Positions 9,404-17,351 of a stretch of 24,000 bases of DNA are shown one piece after another. The number at the start of each line of letters is the position of its first letter. Within the stretch, counting starts at the first letter, position 1. This DNA is from Ectobacillus funiculus. Lineage in GTDB: Bacteria > Bacillota > Bacilli > Bacillales > Bacillaceae_G. Below the pieces are notes generated by a model, which was not told the DNA's origin, ran no database searches, and saw only the letters and a list, made by a program, of their open reading frames with translations. The DNA lies in the NCBI RefSeq assembly GCF_042429435.1, contig NZ_JBHMAF010000196.1; one strand, written 5' to 3'. Made by a program: the position numbers and the translations under genes.

Positions 9404-9410
9404 TTTTTAG

Positions 9411-9445
9411 AAAAAAATCTCTCCGCTATGGGGAGATTTTTTTTT
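9411..9445 (+). terminator. tkt terminator
   Basis: ATCTCTCC (9417-9424) pairs with GGGGAGAT (9430-9437). A run of 9 T follows. Confidence 0.8.
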
Positions 9446-9730
9446 CGGTCTTTAGTAGTTGGTCAGGAAAAACAATCTTTGCGAAAATAGCATATAATAT
9501 TTTAAGGAAAGCAATTCGTTATTTATAAAACTGAAAGGAACACAAAAGGTTATTCCATAACGCAAAAGAAAAATGAATTTCTGATGACTTCGGCAAAGAA
9601 CTGCATGAAGATTTCTGGCATGAATACAACCGGTTGTTAAAAAATACCTCACATTAATGAAATCTGTATATTCTGATTAAGAAGGCTGGATTTTAAGAGG
9701 AAACTAATGTAGCCTATGAAAAACAGTTCT

Positions 9731-9737
9731 TTCGACA
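9731..9737 (-). promoter_or_regulatory. Spo0A box upstream of sirA
   Basis: Plus-strand TTCGACA is a perfect TGTCGAA (0A box TGNCGAA) on the minus strand. It lies about 55 nt upstream of a TATAAT at 9791-9796 and about 100 nt upstream of the sirA ATG. sirA is Spo0A-activated in B. subtilis. Confidence 0.4.
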
Positions 9738-9835
9738 GAAATAGTCCTTTCTTTCTCCATGGTAAGACACTTCTTTTGTGCATGCTTTTATATAATCGTA
9801 AAAAAGGGGCTTGTCTCATGCGAGGGGGAAAGAAG

Positions 9836-10282
9836 ATGAAAGTATATCATTTGTATTTAATTCGTGATGATATTGCCAAGTCGTACTTCGGAAGGGAACA
9901 TTTGCTATTTGATCTGTTTGTCCGGTTTACTCGCGCTCGTTCCTTATCAGCTAAGAAAATGTTATATAAACAAATCCAATACATTACGAAACCGCTGCCG
10001 CAGTTAAAGCTGCACCATCGTGTCGAGCAGTCGCTTTTGTCAAGCCACTTGTATAAAAGAGCTGTGAATGTTCACACCCTTTCTTCGGCAAGCGGGGATG
10101 TGTGCGGGACACTTACCATTAAGCCACAATATGCCATACTTGAATCCGTAGGCAATTTAGAAGTAGAAATGATATTTTTTGAAATACTAAGAAAGAACGA
10201 AATGACGTTTCTTGCTATGGAATATACCGCAGAACAGTGTGGCTGGCTAAATCCAATTAAGCAAGAAAGAAAATACGTATAA
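9836..10282 (+). CDS. sirA: sporulation inhibitor of replication SirA (YneE)
   Basis: The real start is MKVYHLYLIRDDIAKSYFGRE at 9836, after GAGGGGGAAAG. It aligns with B. subtilis SirA, including FFE.LRK....FLAM....GWLNP.K at the C-terminus. The tracked start 9716 is an extension. Confidence 0.8.
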   Translation: MKVYHLYLIRDDIAKSYFGREHLLFDLFVRFTRARSLSAKKMLYKQIQYITKPLPQLKLHHRVEQSLLSSHLYKRAVNVHTLSSASGDVCGTLTIKPQYAILESVGNLEVEMIFFEILRKNEMTFLAMEYTAEQCGWLNPIKQERKYV

Positions 10283-10368
10283 GTATGAAAAAATATGACG
10301 TACAAATCTTGTCTTCTGTAAGACGTTCTAGTACACTGTAATGTAGACAACATGAAGGAGGAAACCGT

Positions 10369-10587
10369 ATGTCAGTTTGGGTCGTTGTTCTAGTGGGCAT
10401 TCTTGCATTAGCGGCAGGCGTAGCGCTAGGATTTTTCATCGCTCGTAAATATATGATGGACTATTTGAAAAAAAACCCGCCTATTAACGAACAAATGTTA
10501 AAAATGATGATGATGCAAATGGGACAAAAGCCGTCTCAAAAGAAAATCAATCAAATGATGCAGGCTATGAGCAAACAAACGAAATAA
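10369..10587 (+). CDS. yneF: UPF0154 membrane protein YneF
   Basis: 72 aa, nearly identical in pattern to B. subtilis YneF ([45 protein letters not shown]). SD is GAAGGAGGAAA. Confidence 0.9.
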   Translation: MSVWVVVLVGILALAAGVALGFFIARKYMMDYLKKNPPINEQMLKMMMMQMGQKPSQKKINQMMQAMSKQTK

Positions 10588-10594
10588 AGCGGAC

Positions 10595-10628
10595 AAGACA
10601 CTCGAACTTGGAGTGTCTTTTCGTTTTC
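10595..10628 (+). terminator. yneF terminator
   Basis: AAGACACTC (10595-10603) pairs with GAGTGTCTT (10611-10619), followed by TTCGTTTT. Confidence 0.75.
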
Positions 10629-10662
10629 TGTATAAGGATTTTGATATAAAACGTTCTATAGA

Positions 10663-10690
10663 AGCAGCCGCTCCTGAGAGAGCGGCTGCT
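10663..10690. other. perfect 11-bp GC-rich hairpin without a clear U-tract
   Basis: AGCAGCCGCTC-CTGAGA-GAGCGGCTGCT. On the minus strand it is followed by TCTATAGAACGTTTTAT, so it could be a weak terminator for ORF 10824..11036. Confidence 0.35.
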
Positions 10691-10823
10691 GGTTAGGTGA
10701 AGCTAAGAAATGTAAAAATCATTGCTTTGTCTGCTTTAATTCAATCGGAGCTGCAAATACAAAGCATTATGTTGAGAAAATAATCAGATCAATGTAGATT
10801 ATGTGGTAGATCTTGATGAGGTA

Positions 10824-11036
10824 TTATAGATAAGGAATCGTTTGCTGTGTGAGTATAGGGGATTGATTGTGTACAGTGTGAATGTGCAGCGATGGAGGAG
10901 AGCCGAAGCGGCGCGTTACCTCATCTGCAACCTTTTGAATCGCGTGAATTTCAGACGATGCAAAGACAGTTAATTCTTCTTGAATCGTGCGAGGTCCTTG
11001 CCTAAACATATATTGGACGGAATACGAGAAAATCAT
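10824..11036 (-). CDS. hypothetical 70-aa protein
   Basis: The ORF has GAGAGGAA about 10 nt upstream of the ATG. It occupies the slot held by ynzD in B. subtilis, but I see no Spo0E-type motif. No family is recognised. Confidence 0.4.
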   Translation of the reverse strand: MIFSYSVQYMFRQGPRTIQEELTVFASSEIHAIQKVADEVTRRFGSPPSLHIHTVHNQSPILTQQTIPYL

Positions 11037-11136
11037 ATCTTATCATTCCTCTCGTAAAAAGAATATTTTCTAGTATTCTCCATTTTTGAGCCTATTCCTT
11101 CTTACTATAAAGAAAGACTTAAGTATATCTGTTCCG

Positions 11137-11254
11137 CTGTAAAAAGTATAAATTTCCAGCTAGGAGCGAATTCGACATAGAAGGGATTTTTAGGAAACTT
11201 CGCCTCTGTCTTCGCCCAAGGGGCAGGGCTCGCGAATCGGTGAGTTTTCTTTAC
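11137..11254 (+). repeat. structured intergenic repeat, copy 2 (5' end diverged, internal ~20-nt deletion)
   Basis: CTGTAAAAAGTATAAATTTCCAGCTAGGAGCGAATTCGAC...CGCCTCTGTCTTCGCCCAAGGGGCAGGGCTCGCGAATCGGTGAGTTTTCTTTAC. Confidence 0.85.
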
Positions 11255-11389
11255 ACTGTAAGAAAGAATAAATTTCTAGCTAGGAGCCAATTCGACGTAG
11301 TCGGAAATTTTAGGAATACAGTAAAAGTGCAACTACACCTCTGTCTTCGCCCGGGGAGCAGGGCTCGCCAATCGGTGAGTTTTCTTTAT
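11255..11389 (+). repeat. structured intergenic repeat, copy 3 (full length, head-to-tail with copy 2)
   Basis: ACTGTAAGAAAGAATAAATTTCTAGCTAGG...GGAAATTTTAGGAATACAGTAAAAGTGCAACTACACCTCTGTCTTCGCCCGGGGAGCAGGGCTCGCCAATCGGTGAGTTTTCTTTAT. Confidence 0.9.
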
Positions 11390-11516
11390 TTTGCTTAAAA
11401 ATTGTGTATAATGAAAAAGTAGGGAACATACGTACATAAGACAGGTATATTTCTTTTTATTAAGCTGCAAGGAATGGTTTGCTGCAATAGGAGAGGACGA
11501 GCGGAAGGGAGAGCTT

Positions 11517-12224
11517 ATGCAGGATATAAATGTATTGTTGGCGTTTGGTGCGGGATTTTTGTCCTTTATATCTCCGTGCTGTTTACCGTTGTATCCGGCC
11601 TTTTTATCCTATATAACGGGAATGTCTGTATCGGAGCTGAAAGAGGAGCAAGGGATGCTGCAAAAGCGGGGGATGCTGCATACAGCATGTTTTCTTCTCG
11701 GATTTTCTATTATTTTCATTGCCATTGGCTTCGGAACTTCGTTGGTTGGAAAGTTCTTTATGGATTATCAAAACTTAATTCGACAGCTAGGTGCTATTTT
11801 TATCGTTTTGTTTGGACTTGTTATTGTTGGTGTATTCAAGCCAGAATTTTTGATGCGGGATCGGAAGTTCATCTTTCAAAATCGGCCATCCGGCTATTTT
11901 GGTTCTGTAGTGATTGGAATTGCATTTGCGGCAGGATGGACGCCTTGTACAGGTCCGATTTTAGTATCGGTGATAGCATTATCAGCTACGAATCCAGAGT
12001 CAGCGCTGCTGTATATGATAGCCTATGTCCTAGGATTTGCAATACCATTTTTCGTTTTGTCGTTCTTTATTACGAGAATGACATGGATTAAAAAGTATAG
12101 TGCAAGACTTGTTAAGATGGGCGGCTATGTAATGGTGCTTATGGGTGTGCTGTTATATTTTGATGCTATGACAGGAATTACTATATTTTTTGTCGATGTA
12201 TTCGGTGGCTTTAAAGGTTTTTAA
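11517..12224 (+). CDS. ccdA: cytochrome c biogenesis thiol-disulfide transporter CcdA
   Basis: 235 aa, aligning with B. subtilis CcdA ([29 protein letters not shown] ... AAGWTPC.GPIL). The out-of-frame ORF 11474..12091 is rejected. Confidence 0.93.
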   Translation: MQDINVLLAFGAGFLSFISPCCLPLYPAFLSYITGMSVSELKEEQGMLQKRGMLHTACFLLGFSIIFIAIGFGTSLVGKFFMDYQNLIRQLGAIFIVLFGLVIVGVFKPEFLMRDRKFIFQNRPSGYFGSVVIGIAFAAGWTPCTGPILVSVIALSATNPESALLYMIAYVLGFAIPFFVLSFFITRMTWIKKYSARLVKMGGYVMVLMGVLLYFDAMTGITIFFVDVFGGFKGF

Positions 12225-12225
12225 C

Positions 12226-12343
12226 ACTGTAAGAAAATATAGATTTCCGGCTAGAAGTAGATTCGACTCAATCGGAAATTTTAGAAATGCAGTGTAAGTG
12301 CAAATTACGCTCATGTCTTCGCCAATTGGCGAGTTTTCTTTAC
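12226..12343 (+). repeat. structured intergenic repeat, copy 4 (short 3' variant)
   Basis: It starts 1 nt after the ccdA stop: ACTGTAAGAAAATATAGATTTCCGGCTAGAAG...GGAAATTTTAGAAATGCAGTGTAAGTGCAAATTACGCTCATGTCTTCGCCAATTGGCGAGTTTTCTTTAC. Confidence 0.9.
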
Positions 12344-12477
12344 ACTGTAGGAGAGTATAAACTTCCAGCTAGAAGTAGATTCGATGCAGTCGGAAGTTTT
12401 AGGAATACAGTGTAAGTGCAACTACGCCTCTGTTTTCGCCCAAGGGCAGGGCTCGCCAATCGGCGAGTTTTCTTTAC
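12344..12477 (+). repeat. structured intergenic repeat, copy 5 (full length, head-to-tail with copy 4)
   Basis: ACTGTAGGAGAGTATAAACTTCCAGCTAGAAG...GGAAGTTTTAGGAATACAGTGTAAGTGCAACTACGCCTCTGTTTTCGCCCAAGGGCAGGGCTCGCCAATCGGCGAGTTTTCTTTAC. Confidence 0.9.
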
Positions 12478-12487
12478 AGGGCTATGG

Positions 12488-12496
12488 TGCTATAAT
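12488..12496 (+). promoter_or_regulatory. extended -10 promoter candidate for ccdC
   Basis: TGCTATAAT (TGnTATAAT) lies 11 nt after the end of repeat copy 5 and about 40 nt upstream of the ccdC ATG. The -35 position falls in the repeat tail (TTTTCT, a poor match). Confidence 0.45.
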
Positions 12497-12538
12497 AGCT
12501 AGAATAGGATTAAATTTCCGGAAAAAGGATGATGAGGG

Positions 12539-13045
12539 ATGAATTCAATACTTCTATCGAGCATTGTGGCTGTTTTAATGGGAATGGGTGTGATGTTCGT
12601 TCGGTTTAAAGCGGCAAAAAAGCCTGCATCCTTAAAAAAGATTATTTTACCCCCTATTTTCATGAGTACAGGGGCATTGATGTATGTTGTTCCTGAGTTT
12701 CGAATTACGCCTGCAGAAATGGCAGAATCTATAGCGGTTGGCTTATTTTTCTCTATTTTTCTTATTAAAACCTCCAAGTTTGAAGTGCGCGGGAACGAGA
12801 TTTATTTGCAGCGTTCTAAGGCGTTTGCAGGTATTTTGCTCGGCTTGCTCATTGTGCGGATTGCATTTAAAACATATTTAAGTCAAACAATTGATTTTGG
12901 ACAGCTAAGCGGTATGTTTTTCCTTCTTGCCTTCTCTATGATTATATCATGGCGGGTTGCGATGTATCGTTCGTACAAAACGATAGAGGCAGAGCTGAAA
13001 AAGACGAACCCTTTGCAATTTGATGAAGATAGAAAGCTCACGTAA
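12539..13045 (+). CDS. ccdC: CcdC (YneJ) membrane protein
   Basis: 168 aa, aligning with B. subtilis YneJ (SSIVAVLMG...KKIILPPIFMSTG ... FEVRGNEIYLQRS). It follows ccdA. Confidence 0.85.
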   Translation: MNSILLSSIVAVLMGMGVMFVRFKAAKKPASLKKIILPPIFMSTGALMYVVPEFRITPAEMAESIAVGLFFSIFLIKTSKFEVRGNEIYLQRSKAFAGILLGLLIVRIAFKTYLSQTIDFGQLSGMFFLLAFSMIISWRVAMYRSYKTIEAELKKTNPLQFDEDRKLT

Positions 13046-13075
13046 AAAACCTCAGTCGGATAACTGAGGTTTTTT
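13044..13075. terminator. bidirectional terminator between the convergent genes ccdC and yneK
   Basis: AAAAAACCTCAG-TCGGATAA-CTGAGGTTTTTT. It has an A run on one side and a T run on the other. Confidence 0.8.
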
Positions 13076-13506
13076 CATTTAAACAGCAATGCTTGAAAGG
13101 GAGAATAATCAATTTGCTTTTTCTTAAGTGTTTGTACTAAAAACTTATGGTCGCGTTTTGGAGTAGCAAGAATATAGCCTTTAATAATGAGGTCTTGTGT
13201 AATGCTTACAGCCTTTTCCTGCAAAGCGAGCTCTCCGATTTTTCCGGCGATTTTCGAGCGTGCTACATCACGGAACAACTCTGGAACGGGACTGACGAGT
13301 TCCTCTAGCAATGTTTTTTGCTCCTCTCCCCACATATGCCGAGTTTGTTCAATATAGTAGTATTCCCAGTCTAAAATGGATTTGCCGTCTTCCTTTGGCA
13401 GCCGTTTCAAAAACTTTCGAAACATAAAATATCCGCCGATTGACATAAGACTTAATAAAATAACTGTCCAAATGACGATGAACCAGCTGAACCACCCTGT
13501 AAGCAA
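13075..13506 (-). CDS. yneK: DUF2621-type membrane-anchored protein YneK
   Basis: 143 aa with a TTG start at 13506, 6 nt after AAGGGGGA. It has an N-terminal TM helix. Position and sequence type match B. subtilis yneK. Confidence 0.8.
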   Translation of the reverse strand: MLTGWFSWFIVIWTVILLSLMSIGGYFMFRKFLKRLPKEDGKSILDWEYYYIEQTRHMWGEEQKTLLEELVSPVPELFRDVARSKIAGKIGELALQEKAVSITQDLIIKGYILATPKRDHKFLVQTLKKKQIDYSPFQALLFK

Positions 13507-13601
13507 TGCACATCCCCCTTTGTATGACTAAAAAATTTTCATAGATTGCTAACTTTATTATAAAGTTGGCACCTGTATAAAGGCAAGACGGGGGGCTGTT
13601 G

Positions 13602-13630
13602 TTAACAAGTCTTGTCTTAATTGGTATACA
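13602..13630 (+). promoter_or_regulatory. candidate hut operon promoter
   Basis: TTAACA (13602-13607), a 17-nt spacer ending in TGG (TGn extended -10), then TATACA (13625-13630). The spacer contains the palindrome ACAAG-T-CTTGT. Confidence 0.4.
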
Positions 13631-13671
13631 GGATGTATATGCCGCATATGCAAAGAAAAAGGGGTGGTATT

Positions 13672-14109
13672 ATGCTGCAAGAAAGCAATCGAATCGGCCG
13701 CATTGCTATGCTTTTTGCACTGGCAGATGCAGGAGAAACGTTAACTACTCCGCTTCCAAATGGATGGCGGTATTGCACGGGCAAGGTCGGGTCTATGAAT
13801 TCGCAAAAAATTGTTGCTGCTATGGAAACTGCCGCTAAAAGTTCGCATATTATAGAAACAGATGTATATCGAGAAACACATGCGTTGTATCATGCGATTA
13901 TGGAAGCGCTATACGGAGTAACAAGAGGGCAAGTACAGTTAGGAGATGTGCTCCGTACCGTTGGGCTTCGATTTGCGATTGTGCGAGGCAATCCGTACGA
14001 TCGCAAACAAGAAGGAGATTGGCTTGCTGTTGCACTTTACGGCACAATTGGTGCACCGGTTCGAGGTTCTGAGCATGAGGCAATCGGACTTGGGATTAAT
14101 CATATATAA
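13672..14109 (+). CDS. hutP: hut operon positive regulator / RNA-binding antiterminator HutP
   Basis: The real start is [14 protein letters not shown] at 13672, after AAGGGGTGG. It aligns with B. subtilis HutP (GW..C.GKVGSM......AA.ETA.K ... [14 protein letters not shown]....[23 protein letters not shown]). Confidence 0.93.
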   Translation: MLQESNRIGRIAMLFALADAGETLTTPLPNGWRYCTGKVGSMNSQKIVAAMETAAKSSHIIETDVYRETHALYHAIMEALYGVTRGQVQLGDVLRTVGLRFAIVRGNPYDRKQEGDWLAVALYGTIGAPVRGSEHEAIGLGINHI

Positions 14110-14187
14110 TAGCCCATAGTTTATGAGAATAGAAGGGGGCCTTGTCATGCGGGGTGGTGTAATCCTGCATGACAAGGCCCCTTTTTG
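14110..14187 (+). promoter_or_regulatory. HutP-responsive attenuator (UAG motifs plus intrinsic terminator) between hutP and hutH
   Basis: UAG occurs at 14110, 14117 and 14130. The first two are 4 nt apart, as in HutP sites. A 15-bp perfect stem GGGGCCTTGTCATGC (14136-14150) / GCATGACAAGGCCCC (14167-14181) follows, and then TTTTTG. Confidence 0.75.
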
Positions 14188-14207
14188 CCTAAAAGAGGTG
14201 AGCGAGG

Positions 14208-15701
14208 ATGATTGTATTAACAGGGGAGTCTCTTACGATGGAACAGATGCGCTGCATTTTGTATAAGGGGGAAGCTGCTGCAGCCTGCCCGCAAAGTATG
14301 GAGCGCGTTCGGAGATGCCGCAAAGTGGTTGAAGAGATCGTTGCTGATGAGAAGATTGTGTATGGGATTACGACTGGATTTGGCAAGTTTAGCGATGTAT
14401 TGATTGGAAAGGAGGATACACAGCGGTTGCAGCAATATTTAATTCAATCACATGCGTGCGGAGTGGGAGAGCCGTTTCCCGAAGAAGTGGCGCGCACTAT
14501 GCTTGTGCTGCGCGCCAATACATTATTAAAAGGATACTCGGGGGTGCGGCCTGACGTTATTTTGCTGCTGCTTGAGCTCGTCAACCGCCGTATTCATCCT
14601 GTTATTCCGCAGCAAGGTTCTCTTGGCGCAAGTGGAGATTTGGCGCCCCTTTCTCATCTTGCGCTCGTGTTAATTGGCGAGGGAGAGGTGTTTTATAAAG
14701 GAAAGCGGCAGCGTACAGCGAAGGTGCTTGCCAAAGAAGGGCTGCAGCCAATTGTTTTACAGGCAAAGGAAGGACTTGCGCTCATTAATGGTACACAGGC
14801 GATGACAGCGATGGGAGTCGTTACGTATCTAGAAGGCGAAGTGCTAGCCTATCAGTCAGAATATATTGCGGCTATGACGCTGGAAGGCTTAAGGGGAATC
14901 ATAGATGCGTTTGATGAGAGCATACACTTAGCTAGGGGCTACCCTGAGCAGACTCGTGTAGCGCAGCGAATGCGGCTGATCTTGACGGGTAGCAAGCTCG
15001 TTACAAATCAAGGAGACCTGCGTGTACAGGATGCGTACTCCCTTCGTTGCATTCCACAGGTGCATGGTGCGACGTGGCAGGTGCTTGGTTATGTAAAAGA
15101 AAAGCTGGAGATTGAAATGAATGCGGCAACTGACAATCCGCTTTTGTTTGCGGACGGTGATAAAGTGCTTTCCGGCGGTAATTTTCATGGGCAGCCGATT
15201 GCGTTTGCTCTAGATTTTTTAAGCATTGCGATGGCGGAGCTTGCTAATATTTCCGAACGGCGTATTGAACGTCTTGTGAATCCGCAGCTGAATGATTTAC
15301 CGCCGTTTCTGAGTCCGCAGCCTGGACTGCAATCTGGAGTGATGATTTTGCAATATGTTGCAGCTTCCCTCGTGTCAGAAAATAAAACGCTCGCCCATCC
15401 GGCAAGCGTTGACTCAATCCCCTCCTCCGCGAATCAAGAAGATCATGTGAGCATGGGGACAATCGGTGCTCGTCACGCCTATCAAATCACAATGAATGTC
15501 CGGCGTGTATTAGCCATCGAACTAATCTGCGCTATGCAGGCTGTGCAGTATCGGGGAGTGGAACATATGAGTGCGAAGACGAGGGGGCTATATAAAGAAG
15601 GCCGAAAGATTGTCCCGCCTATTGTCAAGGATCGCATATTTTCTTATGACATAGAGAATGTGGCGAAGTGGCTACAAGCAGAAAAGAGGGAGATCGTATG
15701 A
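14208..15701 (+). CDS. hutH: histidine ammonia-lyase
   Basis: 497 aa with SD AAAGAGGTGA. It has the MIO-forming motif [15 protein letters not shown] and strong full-length resemblance to B. subtilis HutH. Confidence 0.97.
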   Translation: MIVLTGESLTMEQMRCILYKGEAAAACPQSMERVRRCRKVVEEIVADEKIVYGITTGFGKFSDVLIGKEDTQRLQQYLIQSHACGVGEPFPEEVARTMLVLRANTLLKGYSGVRPDVILLLLELVNRRIHPVIPQQGSLGASGDLAPLSHLALVLIGEGEVFYKGKRQRTAKVLAKEGLQPIVLQAKEGLALINGTQAMTAMGVVTYLEGEVLAYQSEYIAAMTLEGLRGIIDAFDESIHLARGYPEQTRVAQRMRLILTGSKLVTNQGDLRVQDAYSLRCIPQVHGATWQVLGYVKEKLEIEMNAATDNPLLFADGDKVLSGGNFHGQPIAFALDFLSIAMAELANISERRIERLVNPQLNDLPPFLSPQPGLQSGVMILQYVAASLVSENKTLAHPASVDSIPSSANQEDHVSMGTIGARHAYQITMNVRRVLAIELICAMQAVQYRGVEHMSAKTRGLYKEGRKIVPPIVKDRIFSYDIENVAKWLQAEKREIV

Positions 15702-17350
15702 TGAAACATATTCGGGCACCGCGCGGAACAACATTGCAGACGAAGGGATGGGTGCAGGAGGCTGCCTTGCGTATGCTGCTGAATAATCTAGACCCAGAGG
15801 TTGCTGAAAGACCAGAGGAGCTAGTTGTATACGGCGGAATCGGAAAAGCGGTTCGCAATTGGGAGAGCTTTCACGCGATTGTTGAATCGTTGAAGCAACT
15901 GGAAGAAGATGAGACGCTGCTTGTTCAATCTGGAAAACCGGTTGCTATATTCCGTTCCCATGCAGATGCGCCTCGTGTATTGCTTGCAAATTCCAATCTC
16001 GTTCCCAAATGGGCGACGTGGGAGCATTTTCGTGACCTAGAGAAACAAGGTCTCATGATGTACGGACAGATGACGGCAGGAAGCTGGATTTATATCGGAA
16101 CACAAGGTATTTTACAAGGAACGTATGAAACATTTGCAGAGGCAGCGCGGCAGCATTTTCAAGGAACGCTCAAGGGGACGATTACAGTAACATCAGGGCT
16201 TGGGGGAATGGGAGGAGCACAGCCGCTTGCAGTGACAATGAATGGCGGGGTTGTAATCGCTATTGAAGTTGATCCACAGCGCATTAAGCGGCGGATTCAA
16301 ACGAAATATTGTGACAGGATGACAGCTTCTTTAGATGAAGCGATTGCTCTTGCAAGGAAATATAAGGAAAAACAGGAGCCGTTGTCGATTGCGCTATTAG
16401 GAAATGCGGCAGATGTACTCCCTGAACTTGTGAAGAGGGGATTTACCCCTGATTTGGTGACTGATCAAACATCGGCTCATGATCCGCTGCATGGCTATTT
16501 GCCAGCAGGTATGTCGTTAGAGAAGGGAGAATCACTGCGAAGCGAGCAAGCAGCGGCTTATATCTCACTTGCGAAAAAAAGCATGGCGCATCATGTAGGG
16601 GCGATGCTCGAGCTGCAAAAGCGGGGGGCGGTTGTATTTGACTACGGCAATAATATTCGACAGATAGCATATGATGAGGGGGTGGAGCATGCATTTGATT
16701 TTCCAGGCTTTGTGCCGGCATTCATTCGGCCGCTATTTTGTGAAGGAAAGGGACCGTTTCGTTGGGTTGCTTTATCGGGAGATCCTGCGGACATTTATAA
16801 AACAGATGAAGTAATTTTACGCGAGTTTTCTGACAACCATCGTTTATGCAGCTGGATTAGGGAAGCTCGTCAAAAGGTTGCGTTTCAAGGCTTACCAGCT
16901 CGTATTTGCTGGCTAGGCTACGGAGAACGGGCAAGGTTTGGTCAAATCATCAATGAAATGGTTGCAAAGGGAGAGCTATCTGCTCCAATCGTGATTGGTC
17001 GCGATCATCTAGATTGCGGTTCTGTTGCTTCGCCGAATCGAGAAACAGAAGGGATGAAGGATGGAAGTGACGCTGTGGCAGATTGGCCCATTTTAAATGC
17101 AATGATTAATAGTGTAAATGGTGCGAGCTGGGTATCTGTTCATCATGGCGGAGGAGTGGGAATGGGGTATTCCTTACATGCGGGGATGGTGATTGTGGCC
17201 GATGGCACGGAGGCTGCCGCTAAACGTCTGGAAAGAGTATTAACATCTGATCCTGGTATGGGAATCGTGCGGCATGTGGATGCAGGATATGATCTGGCTA
17301 AGCAAACAGCAAAGAGACATGGGATAAACATTCCGATGATGGGGGAATAA
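15698..17350 (+). CDS. hutU: urocanate hydratase
   Basis: The real start is [10 protein letters not shown] at 15698, after GAGGGAG. This forms an ATGA overlap with the hutH stop. Motifs [10 protein letters not shown] and [18 protein letters not shown] are present. Confidence 0.97.
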   Translation: MMKHIRAPRGTTLQTKGWVQEAALRMLLNNLDPEVAERPEELVVYGGIGKAVRNWESFHAIVESLKQLEEDETLLVQSGKPVAIFRSHADAPRVLLANSNLVPKWATWEHFRDLEKQGLMMYGQMTAGSWIYIGTQGILQGTYETFAEAARQHFQGTLKGTITVTSGLGGMGGAQPLAVTMNGGVVIAIEVDPQRIKRRIQTKYCDRMTASLDEAIALARKYKEKQEPLSIALLGNAADVLPELVKRGFTPDLVTDQTSAHDPLHGYLPAGMSLEKGESLRSEQAAAYISLAKKSMAHHVGAMLELQKRGAVVFDYGNNIRQIAYDEGVEHAFDFPGFVPAFIRPLFCEGKGPFRWVALSGDPADIYKTDEVILREFSDNHRLCSWIREARQKVAFQGLPARICWLGYGERARFGQIINEMVAKGELSAPIVIGRDHLDCGSVASPNRETEGMKDGSDAVADWPILNAMINSVNGASWVSVHHGGGVGMGYSLHAGMVIVADGTEAAAKRLERVLTSDPGMGIVRHVDAGYDLAKQTAKRHGINIPMMGE

Positions 17351-17351
17351 C

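Noticed and set aside
9452-9652. 66-aa minus-strand ORF between tkt and sirA
   Set aside because: It has a GTG start with no SD. It lies in an AT-rich spacer that in B. subtilis carries only the sirA regulatory region.
11474-12091. 205-aa ORF overlapping ccdA in another frame
   Set aside because: The ccdA frame gives a full-length, well-recognised CcdA. The alternative frame is Cys/Phe-rich with no SD.
13900-13914. cre-like ATGGAAGCGCTATAC inside hutP (the B. subtilis hut cre is also within hutP)
   Set aside because: It matches the 5' and central CG core of WTGNAANCGNWNNCW but misses the conserved 3' C/W positions. It is also at a different codon position from the B. subtilis site, which is too weak to call.
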